From: Candidatus Velthaea sp.
Lineage (GTDB): Bacteria; Vulcanimicrobiota; Vulcanimicrobiia; Vulcanimicrobiales; Vulcanimicrobiaceae
Length of the DNA: 64,000 bases
Assembly: GCA_965214935.1 (NCBI GenBank)
Contig: CBDCCS010000018.1
Coordinates: forward strand, 1 to 64,000
Direction: 5' to 3'
Below are positions 51,002 through 60,452 of the stretch, piece by piece; the stretch's first letter is position 1, and the number at the start of each line of letters is the position of its first letter. A program made the position numbers and the translations under genes. Below the pieces are notes generated by a model, which saw only the letters and a list, made by a program, of their open reading frames with translations, was not told the origin of the DNA and did not search any database.

Positions 51002-51460
51002 TTGCCCGATCGGTCAGACTCTGACAACAGTGCGATTCAACCGGCACGCGGTCAGGCCATACGGTTCGATCCCCTGAATCCGGGGGCCAACATGGTGGAC
51101 CTCGGACTCCTCACGCAAGAACAGCAGAACGCCTTGGCGGTCGAGTACATGCGCGGGACACTCGACATCAACAAGAAGGCCGCGCAGATGCACGTGGACG
51201 TCGGCGCCTTCAAGAACATGCTCGACGTCATGTCAACCAAGACCAAGGAGCTGTCGGCCCAAGAAGGCACCTCCGTCACCATGTCGCACACGCAAGAGAC
51301 ATCGGTAGGTAAAACCGAAGTGATCATGGGAAATACGGCGCAAGCCGCCACCGGTAAACTCACCCGCACAATGGCTGGCGAGCGAAATTTAACACCCGTT
51401 TACGTGGCGGTTGCCGTCATTGCGCTGCTAGTCCTCGTTGCACTCTTTCTGCACCACTGA
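51002..51460 (+). CDS. Hypothetical protein with a C-terminal TM anchor (operon gene 1)
   Basis: GGAGG RBS, strongly biased codons, C-terminal VYVAVAVIALLVLVALFL. Confidence 0.8.
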   Translation: MPDRSDSDNSAIQPARGQAIRFDPLNPGANMVDLGLLTQEQQNALAVEYMRGTLDINKKAAQMHVDVGAFKNMLDVMSTKTKELSAQEGTSVTMSHTQETSVGKTEVIMGNTAQAATGKLTRTMAGERNLTPVYVAVAVIALLVLVALFLHH

Positions 51461-51463
51461 CAC

Positions 51464-51775
51464 GTGTTCAAAGCGCGAGTCGTCGTAACGGAAAATACCA
51501 ACCTTGATGCAGAGATTGACGCGATTTCAGATCGGGCGCAGCGCGCCAACCTCGAAAGCGACGACTATAACGCGATGATCGCGGCGGTTCGATCAACGGT
51601 AGCCGCAATGAAGCAAAGCTTTTTTGAGACAACGCAACAAGGCATCTTTCTCCAGGCAACCAAAATTGTTTCAGGACGAAGGTACGAAGTCACCCTTGAG
51701 ACAGGATCATCTTCTAAGCGTCGTGATGCCAAAAAAACCGGCATTGGCTTGCTATTTGCCGTTTTCAAGAAATAA
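51464..51775 (+). CDS. Small hypothetical protein (operon gene 2)
   Basis: Starts 3 nt after gene 1 and ends 5 nt before gene 3; C-terminal GIGLLFAVFKK. Confidence 0.7.
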   Translation: MFKARVVVTENTNLDAEIDAISDRAQRANLESDDYNAMIAAVRSTVAAMKQSFFETTQQGIFLQATKIVSGRRYEVTLETGSSSKRRDAKKTGIGLLFAVFKK

Positions 51776-51780
51776 CAGCG

Positions 51781-53604
51781 GTGCAATATCGTTCTCGTCG
51801 TAGATCGTCGGGTAAGAAATACGGCAAGGAGCGGGCGGCAGCGCACATTCGCGAGGCTTCGGCGTTTTCCGACGAAGTTGGAGCGTCCGACAAAATTGTC
51901 AAGGACGCCTTTTTTGCATTGTCGGGTAGCGCACGGCAGTTCATACTAGACGAGTATGAAGCCCAGTATGGCAAATCTGCGCGCGACTATGCACGACAAA
52001 CAATCTCGAAATGGGAATCCGGCCGGGTTCAAATGAGCGGGATGATCGCGAAACGATTATTTGCGCTGATGCCGCCTCATATGCCTGTCTCCACAAAGCA
52101 CGCAATTGTTGAAGTTATCTGGAAGCGCTACGGACCACACTCAAGGAAATACGTATACGTCGGTTCCGATACCGATTATAAAGCGGCAATGAGCGATATC
52201 GCGAGATACTTTGATGGCCTGACCGTTCAACACGCAATCCCGGACCAGCTTGAGCGCCAATTCGACTGGCTTTCCGATAATGATGTTGCAGTCAAGCAAC
52301 AGTTACTCAATTACTTCATGAATGCACAACGAAGTGCCGCCCTCGCAAGCATCAGCTTGAATCTTTCGATGATGCTTGAGAGAATGAAGGCTGACAAAGA
52401 AGGCCAAATCGTCAAGCTAGGGCATATTGCCTTCGTTGGCAACCATCAGCTGGACATTCGAGCCGATCCGTTGCGATCGGGCTTTCTCTTTAGTGATTCA
52501 CCAAACGATTCCGTCAAGCCGCCAGTCCCCCCGACGAAGTTCCCCGTCACGTTCGTTGCAATTGCGATCGTAATTGCTGTCATATGGTACCTCAGCAGCC
52601 TCGCTCATAGTGAGCCGAGTACAAATGCGTCACATCCTGTTGGGTATACAACGGAATCTGAGCGTGCTCAATCTGAAACCGTCGCGCGCCAGGCGGTCAC
52701 TCCAACCATCGCTGCGACAAACCCAGCACCAAAGCCACGGAATTCCGTCCGATCGGCAAGCTCGCCCGCCTTTCATAAAGTGGCTCTTATCTCTCCGTCG
52801 ATCCACCCTGCTTCGGCACCGATTGCATCAGCGGTGGCATCGAAATTGCCTATCACCCGGCCTGCGCTAGTTAGAGACAATTCCTGCGCATCTTCTCAGG
52901 TTGCCGATGTCGAAGACGACGGAGCAACGATTCGCGCGAGCAACGGAGATACGTTTACCGTTTCGCCTGACGGTACAATGCGATTTCTTACAGCGCAGTG
53001 GAGTACCGGCGATGCCGTGACGATTTGCATTTCGCGCGGATCGGCTGCCTCGATAGAAAACCCAACTCATTACGCGAAGGTTCAAGCAACGCTCGAATCA
53101 CATGACCACGCGACCAGCATTTTTTGCGACGATGCCCAGTTGACGAGAATGAGCGATGATGGCGCCAGAATCGACGCAAGCGACGGATATTCATTCGTGG
53201 TATCCGAGGCTGGTACAATGAGATTCTTGGCGAGCCAATGGAGCACGAGCGATCATGTTGTGGTCTGCATGGCGACGCTTCCCGGCAGCGTCGCTGCAGC
53301 ATCCATAGCCAATCCCGTACACTACGCGAAAGTCCAGGCTACCGTATCTCAAAGAACCGCATCGTCTCCAATCTCCTGTGTGACAACCACCCTGTCGAAC
53401 GTAAGTAATGAGGGGACGTCAGTCGTGACCGGGAACGGAAGATCATATACCGTTGTTGATATTGGGACAATGCGTTTTCTCGTGCAACAGTGGTCAACTG
53501 GCGACAGCGTAACCATTTGTGAATCTCGCATTTCAGACGGTTCCATAGCGGCATCAATCGCGGATCCGGCCCACTACAGCAAGGTACAAGCAAGCCGCGT
53601 ATAA
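51781..53604 (+). CDS. Single-pass membrane protein: ~250-aa N-terminal domain, TM, P/S/A linker, three ~80-aa Cys-containing repeats (operon gene 3)
   Basis: TM FVAIAIVIAVIWYL; three repeats sharing GTMRFL..QWST.D.V..C and HY.KVQA. Confidence 0.82.
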   Translation: MQYRSRRRSSGKKYGKERAAAHIREASAFSDEVGASDKIVKDAFFALSGSARQFILDEYEAQYGKSARDYARQTISKWESGRVQMSGMIAKRLFALMPPHMPVSTKHAIVEVIWKRYGPHSRKYVYVGSDTDYKAAMSDIARYFDGLTVQHAIPDQLERQFDWLSDNDVAVKQQLLNYFMNAQRSAALASISLNLSMMLERMKADKEGQIVKLGHIAFVGNHQLDIRADPLRSGFLFSDSPNDSVKPPVPPTKFPVTFVAIAIVIAVIWYLSSLAHSEPSTNASHPVGYTTESERAQSETVARQAVTPTIAATNPAPKPRNSVRSASSPAFHKVALISPSIHPASAPIASAVASKLPITRPALVRDNSCASSQVADVEDDGATIRASNGDTFTVSPDGTMRFLTAQWSTGDAVTICISRGSAASIENPTHYAKVQATLESHDHATSIFCDDAQLTRMSDDGARIDASDGYSFVVSEAGTMRFLASQWSTSDHVVVCMATLPGSVAAASIANPVHYAKVQATVSQRTASSPISCVTTTLSNVSNEGTSVVTGNGRSYTVVDIGTMRFLVQQWSTGDSVTICESRISDGSIAASIADPAHYSKVQASRV

Positions 53605-53626
53605 CCGCGGTACCAACTCTCCCGCT

Positions 53627-54259
53627 GTGGCAAGACGTAAAAAGAATCTCACATACGCTGCGCAACTCCGTCGTCGGCGCATCGTCATTCGATCCACGGT
53701 CTGCTTCGTCGCCGCAGTCGCGATCGTGTCGGCGTTCATCGCTGCGACCCACATACAGCTCATCACAGCGATTACATCACATCCAAACGCCGCGGTCGCC
53801 GTCAGCGTAAGATCAACGAGTACATCTCAGCCTTTTTCCAAACTTGACAATGCTCTGCCCAATGCAACGCTGACTCCAGGTGCAGAAAGGACAACAGACA
53901 CGGCATTAGTCTGTTCACCCGGATACGCAACTCGCATTCGCCCAGAGGGACTACTGTGGCGCCGGCTCAAAGACGAAGCATATACTCGATATCATATTCC
54001 GCGTGGTCAGCGCCGCACAACCGACGCTAATGGCCAGCACTATCCAGCGTACGAAATTGATCATCTGATTCCCTTGGAACTCGGGGGAGACCCAACGGAC
54101 ATCCGCAACCTCTGGCCGCAGTCCGTCGCATCGGCAAAACAAAAAGATCAACTTGAAAATCGTCTACATTCGGCCGTTTGTAACGGGACGATGCCACTAA
54201 GCGAAGCGCAAGCCCTCATATCGACTGACTGGGTCGCAGCACTCACGAAAACCCAATGA
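53627..54259 (+). CDS. Membrane-anchored/exported HNH-type nuclease (operon gene 4)
   Basis: N-terminal TM; LTPGA...VC; YEIDHLIPLELGG...NLWPQ...KDQLENRLHSAVC. Confidence 0.72.
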   Translation: MARRKKNLTYAAQLRRRRIVIRSTVCFVAAVAIVSAFIAATHIQLITAITSHPNAAVAVSVRSTSTSQPFSKLDNALPNATLTPGAERTTDTALVCSPGYATRIRPEGLLWRRLKDEAYTRYHIPRGQRRTTDANGQHYPAYEIDHLIPLELGGDPTDIRNLWPQSVASAKQKDQLENRLHSAVCNGTMPLSEAQALISTDWVAALTKTQ

Positions 54260-54396
54260 AGCCGGAGCCGTTAACAATAACTCTGAAGAAGCATTGTGTA
54301 CTCGATCAAATGGGTGACGATCACGAGGAAGATCAAAGTCGCAACTGCAATGACTTTAATTGCGTCTTTCGCTTGTGACACATCTTAGGAGACAAG

Positions 54397-56115
54397 GTGC
54401 GGCAAGACCGTGGAATTGAAGAAGTCAAAGCGCTACTCACTTACGCCGAAATCTATCACCAACAACCCACTCCTGGCCTCGTTAAGACGCTTCTTAGCCG
54501 CCTTAACAAGTTTCAGTTTCTCAGCTTCGTCTGCGGCGTTTCTGCGATTATGCATGGCGGTGCCGGCAAAGGAATGGAACCACAGTGGCAGCTAGACTTC
54601 GCGAAGGAATTGATGCCAGTTCTCTGCGGGGAACGCGTTCTCGCCAAGCTTCGCGCCGAGCCACGAGTGCTCGTCCATGAACTTCAACTCGGGCTTCTTG
54701 CGAGATACGCCCTCCAGTTCTGCGAGACGCAGGCGACGGTTGGAGAATTTGCCGATATCGTGCTGCGGCTTCTTCTCGCGGTCAACGAATTGTGGTCCCA
54801 AGTTGCCGACAAGGACCCCAGCGCAGACCCACGACGCGCTTTCTTTCGCACTGAGGTGCAGTCTGGAGTTCTACCAAACGAACGATTTGCTCACGTAATC
54901 CAACGATATTATCGCTTTTTCAAATGGTGTGATGCGCTCCCGTCCACTGCGCAAGACAGACTTCCAATGACAGCGGATTTCCAACGCCTAATGTCTATGA
55001 CTCCAGGCGAGTACCTAGCATCGGCATTTTGCGTGCTGACGCACTTCCTCTCGCTCAGATCTGCAAAAGATATTGCCGAGAAGCTCCCCTACTTGAGCCT
55101 AAAAGTATTTCCATCAACTCTGAATCGGCGTGATGTCCTGGACTCCTGGATAACGCGATTTAGCTACCAAGGATCGGAACTATCGGAAAAATCAACGGAA
55201 CCAACTTTTTCCGTATCAGACTTAGCGCCGTTTATCGAAAAGCCGCTTGTCGTCTTTGATGGCGACCAAGTGTTTTGCCCACTGCCATCCTTACTTGAAG
55301 ATACGATACAAACGCGATTGTATTTTGCGCTATTCGCAGAATACGAACTGGCAGACGGGCTTGAGAAGGCTAAGCAATTCTCACGATTGCAAGGGAGGTT
55401 TCTCGAAGATTATGTTGCCGACCTGTTCGCAATCTTGTTGCCCACGACTTATCACCAATATGGTGAGATAGTCTACTTAAACGGACAGAACAAGTCGTCA
55501 GACGTAGTTGCAATCAGACTCGATGACGGCGCGACCGTCTTCACCGAGGTAACGAAAACGCGCTTTCGGCTCACCGAGAGCTTGTTTGCCATGGACGAGA
55601 CCGCAATCAAAAGAGACATCGATTCCATGGTGCTACGCAAGGCGAAACAAGTCCAGAGGTGTGTGACCGATCTTCAGAACGGACTCTTTTCGTATCCTGA
55701 AGCGGTCACGTCGATCGCGCCGCTGATAGTCACGGGTCAAAGTATTCCGGGACTTATCTATCTGAAGCATTGGATAGAGCAGGAACTCCAATCAAGAAAC
55801 CTTCTGCAATCGACGGAGCCGCTTGTGTACTGCGACATTGAAGAGCTTGAACTTCTCTCCATCGCGGCACCCGGAGCTATTGACCTGTATGCATTGCTGA
55901 CCGAAAAGTCTAAACACCCGGATCTCTTAGCTAAAGTGCAATCCCTTAAGAACTACCTGCATTACTACCGACCCGATATTAGCCAAAAGCGATTATCGGG
56001 CGAGACGGTTCTCCCCGAATACGAAAAAGCTGTCAAACATATGATCGAACCAGCGATTCGATCCTGGGGCTTCGATATGACCTTCGAGAAACCGCCGTTT
56101 GATGAAAACATTTGA
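54397..56115 (+). CDS. Large helical protein with a C-terminal PD-(D/E)XK (NERD-like) nuclease domain
   Basis: AGGAGA RBS; GRFLEDYV...KSSDVVAI...VFTEVTKT...KAKQV. Confidence 0.6.
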   Translation: MRQDRGIEEVKALLTYAEIYHQQPTPGLVKTLLSRLNKFQFLSFVCGVSAIMHGGAGKGMEPQWQLDFAKELMPVLCGERVLAKLRAEPRVLVHELQLGLLARYALQFCETQATVGEFADIVLRLLLAVNELWSQVADKDPSADPRRAFFRTEVQSGVLPNERFAHVIQRYYRFFKWCDALPSTAQDRLPMTADFQRLMSMTPGEYLASAFCVLTHFLSLRSAKDIAEKLPYLSLKVFPSTLNRRDVLDSWITRFSYQGSELSEKSTEPTFSVSDLAPFIEKPLVVFDGDQVFCPLPSLLEDTIQTRLYFALFAEYELADGLEKAKQFSRLQGRFLEDYVADLFAILLPTTYHQYGEIVYLNGQNKSSDVVAIRLDDGATVFTEVTKTRFRLTESLFAMDETAIKRDIDSMVLRKAKQVQRCVTDLQNGLFSYPEAVTSIAPLIVTGQSIPGLIYLKHWIEQELQSRNLLQSTEPLVYCDIEELELLSIAAPGAIDLYALLTEKSKHPDLLAKVQSLKNYLHYYRPDISQKRLSGETVLPEYEKAVKHMIEPAIRSWGFDMTFEKPPFDENI

Positions 56116-56132
56116 GAGCTCCCCAACGCAGC

Positions 56133-56465
56133 TTACTCCTTCGCCAAAATAAAGGAACCCAGAAACGCAGCTGCACCGCAAATTGCGATCGCTAAGGCGC
56201 ATCCCCGAAATAGTGCAATCCTCCGCGCTTTGCGCCCATCAATCCGACGTAGCAAATCTTCGGCTCGCCGATGCAACTCCTCGAATGTCGTCGTCGGTGG
56301 CTGCATGGTGCTCTCAACGGGTCCAAGGCGCACGCCGGCGGCATACAGGTCATCAACGCTGAAGCGCAACGTCGATTCAGGACTGGCGTTCGAACCGAGG
56401 ACCTCCGACATCGATATCCTCCCGGTGATGTGCGCTTTGTTTTGTACACCAATGCTCACGTCCAT
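56133..56465 (-). CDS. Small hypothetical protein with a C-terminal TM helix
   Basis: 110-aa ORF with a hydrophobic C-terminus. Confidence 0.4.
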   Translation of the reverse strand: MDVSIGVQNKAHITGRISMSEVLGSNASPESTLRFSVDDLYAAGVRLGPVESTMQPPTTTFEELHRRAEDLLRRIDGRKARRIALFRGCALAIAICGAAAFLGSFILAKE

Positions 56466-56960
56466 GTTTCAGGACGGCTCGCGTTCAGTGATCGACCTTA
56501 CAAGATACTCGAGCACCGTTTCCGCTGAAGCTCATAGTCAAGCGACTCGAACGAATTCGCAAGCACGTACGCGATTGAGAGACTCCCAGACGGACGTTGG
56601 AATCGCTTTTCTACTCTGGGCAGCTCGCCGAGCGCATGACGAGCGGGTCTGTTTGCACCCAACGCCTCTTCGCGACGATACCCCCGGCGACGGCATCTGG
56701 TAACGCCTCGATCAGACTCACCAGCTGCGAAGAGATGACACACCGGTAATCCACCGTCCCGGTCGTCGTGGCCAGCGTCGGCAGATGCCCTGAGGTTTAG
56801 AGTAGGACCGGCGGCCACCGTAGTCGTGGCCCTTCCATGCTCGAAGGCACGCCGACATTTTGAGAAAGGGTTTTGGGGTAGGGTCGGGGCCGGTGCCGAT
56901 GCCACCGGCAAGGAGTACTCGCCACACTGAGAACCAACGGCCTGGGACATCCTTCTGGCG

Positions 56961-58346
56961 TTAGCCGCTGAGCAACTCCTCGTCGGAAATGGACCTACTT
57001 AGCTCGCGGAAGTGGTGCCGAGTATCAAGTTTTCGCAAAGTTACAAGTAGAGCAGCCAATTCCATCGCCGCAAACCAGTCTGGATTCAGTTCAAAGCGCT
57101 TTCGCTTTTCTTTTTCATCCACATATTTCACTATCTCGTAGTTGCGAAACATCAGCAGGCTTCGTTCTATCTCGTGACGATCGTGCGTTTTCACCGATCC
57201 GCAAAGCGACGACACATTTGCCTGTCCCAGAGCAGATAGCCCCAGTAGTGTCTCGGTTCGAGTCGCTGAACCAAAGTATCGCTTTAAGCCGGGTGTCCAC
57301 TTCTTAGGCGTAAACATGCCTGGAACAATCGTAGATGCAAGTTGTTTTCCCGCAGGCACCCATTGCGTACCTAATACGCGTGCGAGTTGTACCAGTTCGT
57401 CATACGCTGGAAGTCCCGGATTTATCGCGTAGAGCGATCGCTGGCGGTTCTCGATCACCTTAGCGGAGACGAGAAGTCCCTCTTCCTTGAAAGTGAACAA
57501 AGTGTGGCGACTTACTTTTGTATTCTGGATTAGATCGGTCGGAGACATTGCCCCGTTCATAGCCAGTGCGACAAGCACCCGAAAGCGGATGACGGTCCCA
57601 AATAGCAGCGGCACGCGATCGGTTGAAGCTTGAACCCCGGCTGCTACTCTTCGACCAACGGGGCCTTCCTTCCAATCGTACCGTACCGTTGGAAGGGGCT
57701 CTTCCTTCGCAAAGTCCCGGGGTATCGTCATTCGATAGTCTGGAAGTATCTTGGTAAATGACTGAATGAACGACGTCAGCTCATGCTTTGCTCGAAATTG
57801 GCTGTGGATCAGCATCGAGCCACCAACAACTTCAAGAACTTGGCGTTTGGCAACGGCGGCCAATGCGCCCTCAATATTTATTGTCGTGGCACCTCGCTTG
57901 CGCAACACTTGACGCAAATCAGCAACCGTCATCCGGCCGTCATACGCAACCGCGAGTACCGCGATCGTTTGAAACTTATAGCCGAAAAGATCGAGATGAT
58001 CATGCTCGACCGGCTTATTCGTCGGATGGCTTTCGGAGTAGGGTAGACGTGGTGGCGGAATCGCGTGGTCGGTCAGTGCGCGCAGCAATATGCGCAGTTC
58101 TTCAATAGCTGGAAAAGCCGGATTGAGTGCAATCATCCGGCTCCGCTCGCTTCCAAAGCGATTAATCAGGCCAGTTGCCTCGAAAGAATCGAACTGTTCG
58201 CTGCTTGGATATGTTGCGAGGCTCAGGTCAACCGCGTCTTGGATTCGCATCGGTCCATGAACGGCAAGGGCGACGAGCATGCGCTGTTTCATCCAGCTTT
58301 GAAAGAGTAAGCCCTTAAACGTATCTTTCGGTGCCAGGCGGCTCAT
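56961..58346 (-). CDS. Protein of four tandem winged-helix-like units
   Basis: Units begin LFQS, LFGY, LFGT and YFGS; three end LNPAFPA, INPGLPA and LNPDWFA. Confidence 0.65.
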   Translation of the reverse strand: MSRLAPKDTFKGLLFQSWMKQRMLVALAVHGPMRIQDAVDLSLATYPSSEQFDSFEATGLINRFGSERSRMIALNPAFPAIEELRILLRALTDHAIPPPRLPYSESHPTNKPVEHDHLDLFGYKFQTIAVLAVAYDGRMTVADLRQVLRKRGATTINIEGALAAVAKRQVLEVVGGSMLIHSQFRAKHELTSFIQSFTKILPDYRMTIPRDFAKEEPLPTVRYDWKEGPVGRRVAAGVQASTDRVPLLFGTVIRFRVLVALAMNGAMSPTDLIQNTKVSRHTLFTFKEEGLLVSAKVIENRQRSLYAINPGLPAYDELVQLARVLGTQWVPAGKQLASTIVPGMFTPKKWTPGLKRYFGSATRTETLLGLSALGQANVSSLCGSVKTHDRHEIERSLLMFRNYEIVKYVDEKEKRKRFELNPDWFAAMELAALLVTLRKLDTRHHFRELSRSISDEELLSG

Positions 58347-58855
58347 CTACTTAACCCGTAGGGACAGCCGATAAAATCGGTACTTGGTAACCGACGCCAT
58401 TCTCGGATCGTCGCGCGAGCCGTATTCCCCGTATCTAAAGAGAAACTAAACTTCGACGGAGATGCCGTAACACATGCTTGGATCGAGTGAAAAAATTTGA
58501 GATTTGACGGTCGAAATTGAAAGGTTTTCAAGAGAAAACGTTCGTAGTGACGGGCAGGGTTTGGCGAGAGCAGCGTCCCATCCGAGTCGGTCGAACGGGC
58601 CGGCAAAGGCGCGATACTTCTTGAGCGGACATTATTTGTAACCTGATTGCGCGTTACCGCGGCGCATGAAGAGAAAGGTTTTCTTACGATCTGAGCACGT
58701 AGGGGAATCTCATCGGGTCCTTTCCGGCACCACCCCGACGCCGGGCATTTTCCAGTTCGATTCCAAGCTTTTAGGAGCAGCGGAACGGAATCGACTGGCG
58801 GTCGTCCAGACGCGTCGCTCCGCGTCTGCCGAGCGACCAGAAGAGTTCCCATGTC

Positions 58856-60400
58856 TTGGATTCCTCATCCACCAACCAGCCAGTCATCCCCTTAACCGAC
58901 GACCGAGACCGAAAAGCCCTGACTATTGCCGCAAGAAGAAAAATCGTCTGGATTGGCGGCGGTATCGCCCGAGTTCAGTCAGAACGCAGCGATGCGTTTT
59001 ATGAGGTCGAGTCGCACGACGAGTTGTGCGAATGCGGCGACTTCCAAAAACGTCGGGCGGCGAAACCCGGTAAGAAGTGTAAGCATTGCCGCGCCCTAAA
59101 ACTGCTCTTAGCGGAGCATACTCAGGATGAAATCGGGATGTGGCCGTCGCGCCACGTCATCCTGCCGTCCGAGCGAATCAAAGCTGCGGCCGAAAAAATC
59201 GCGCAAGAGTATGGCAATGGACGCCGCCGGGCGCCGGTGACGATCCAGTATCCAGATGGACTAGCAAGAGAGTCCACACGTCGCAACGCGGCGTATCGCG
59301 AAATGCGTGATCGTGTCCCGCAATTATTGGCGGACTTGTCCCGCACACTCGCCTTAGAACCCGTTGCGAAGTGGGGCGGTCAAGAAATGCCGATTCACGA
59401 TCGGCTGTTTGCCGTGACATTCCGAGCATTCGCGAATCGGTCGCTCGAAGACACGCGCCACGAACTTTGCCAAATGGCACGACTCAGACATATCTCGGCT
59501 GCGCCCTGCAAGAATTCACTCTCGGCTTACGTGCATGACGCCGCACTTACTCCCCTTCTTCGCGAGGCGCTCTTTCGAACCGCAAAGTTCGTCAGAAAAA
59601 TCGAAACCCTCGCACTGGTAGATTCCACGGGCCTTGCCTCCTGTATGACCCAGGTGTATCTCGATTCCGGTAAAGGCGACAAAATTATTCGGCCCAAAAA
59701 CCGCTGGCGCAAGGCGCATGTCGTTTCCGGCGGAGTGACGGGCATCATCGCTGATGTTGTCCTCTCGGACCATGAGCGCAACATTGATAACTCGGACCCG
59801 AGCAAACCTACTGCAGATGTCAACTTTTGGCCGCGCCTCATTCAAAACGCAGCGAGCGTTTTCCCGAAGCTGCGATATGCTCTCGGAGACAAGGCGTATC
59901 TTAGCGATGACAATATTATCATTTGCGATAGTCTCGGCATAAAAGCGATCATTCCGATCAAGGTCAACTGGAATCCCACGAATAAAAAATCCACTGGTGC
60001 GATCGAGCTGTACGACATGTACACTCAGCACAACGACGCCTTTGAAGAGATTTACCGCTTCCGCTCCAAGATCGAGGGCGTCTTCAGTTCCATGAAACGA
60101 ACGACATCCTCATTCTTTCGCTCGCATGGAACGCGTGTTCCAAAGGGTGAGGTGTTTACGGATGAGCAGGTTGCACGAGCCAACGTCGCATTCGAGAACG
60201 AACTCCTTGCTAAGTGTCTCGTCCACTCGCTTCGCCGTATCGTCGTCCTCGAGAAGATCTATGATGACCCGATGAGCTTTGCGCGCAACACGGCATTCTT
60301 GCCAATGCCGTCAGAGTGGTACAAAACAAATCAAATCGATATCGACGCTGCAGCCACGGATGACGATTTTGGGGTTGAAGAGAACCAGGAGGCCGCTTAG
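58856..60400 (+). CDS. SWIM zinc-finger + DDE transposase (IS4/IS5-like)
   Basis: CECGDF...CKH SWIM motif; VDSTG, GDKAYLS, YRFRSKIEGVFSSMKR. Confidence 0.82.
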   Translation: MDSSSTNQPVIPLTDDRDRKALTIAARRKIVWIGGGIARVQSERSDAFYEVESHDELCECGDFQKRRAAKPGKKCKHCRALKLLLAEHTQDEIGMWPSRHVILPSERIKAAAEKIAQEYGNGRRRAPVTIQYPDGLARESTRRNAAYREMRDRVPQLLADLSRTLALEPVAKWGGQEMPIHDRLFAVTFRAFANRSLEDTRHELCQMARLRHISAAPCKNSLSAYVHDAALTPLLREALFRTAKFVRKIETLALVDSTGLASCMTQVYLDSGKGDKIIRPKNRWRKAHVVSGGVTGIIADVVLSDHERNIDNSDPSKPTADVNFWPRLIQNAASVFPKLRYALGDKAYLSDDNIIICDSLGIKAIIPIKVNWNPTNKKSTGAIELYDMYTQHNDAFEEIYRFRSKIEGVFSSMKRTTSSFFRSHGTRVPKGEVFTDEQVARANVAFENELLAKCLVHSLRRIVVLEKIYDDPMSFARNTAFLPMPSEWYKTNQIDIDAAATDDDFGVEENQEAA

Positions 60401-60418
60401 AACACTACTGACCGCTGA

Positions 60419-60452
60419 AAAGGGAGGTGGCGGACTCGTGCTGCCTCCCTTT
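60419..60452. terminator. Probable bidirectional intrinsic terminator between convergent genes
   Basis: AAAGGGAGGTGGC-loop-GCTGCCTCCCTTT. Confidence 0.65.

Noticed and set aside
56470..56960. ORFs 56230-56703, 56498-56950 and 56718-56927
   Set aside because: Mutually overlapping with no motifs; possibly decayed sequence.
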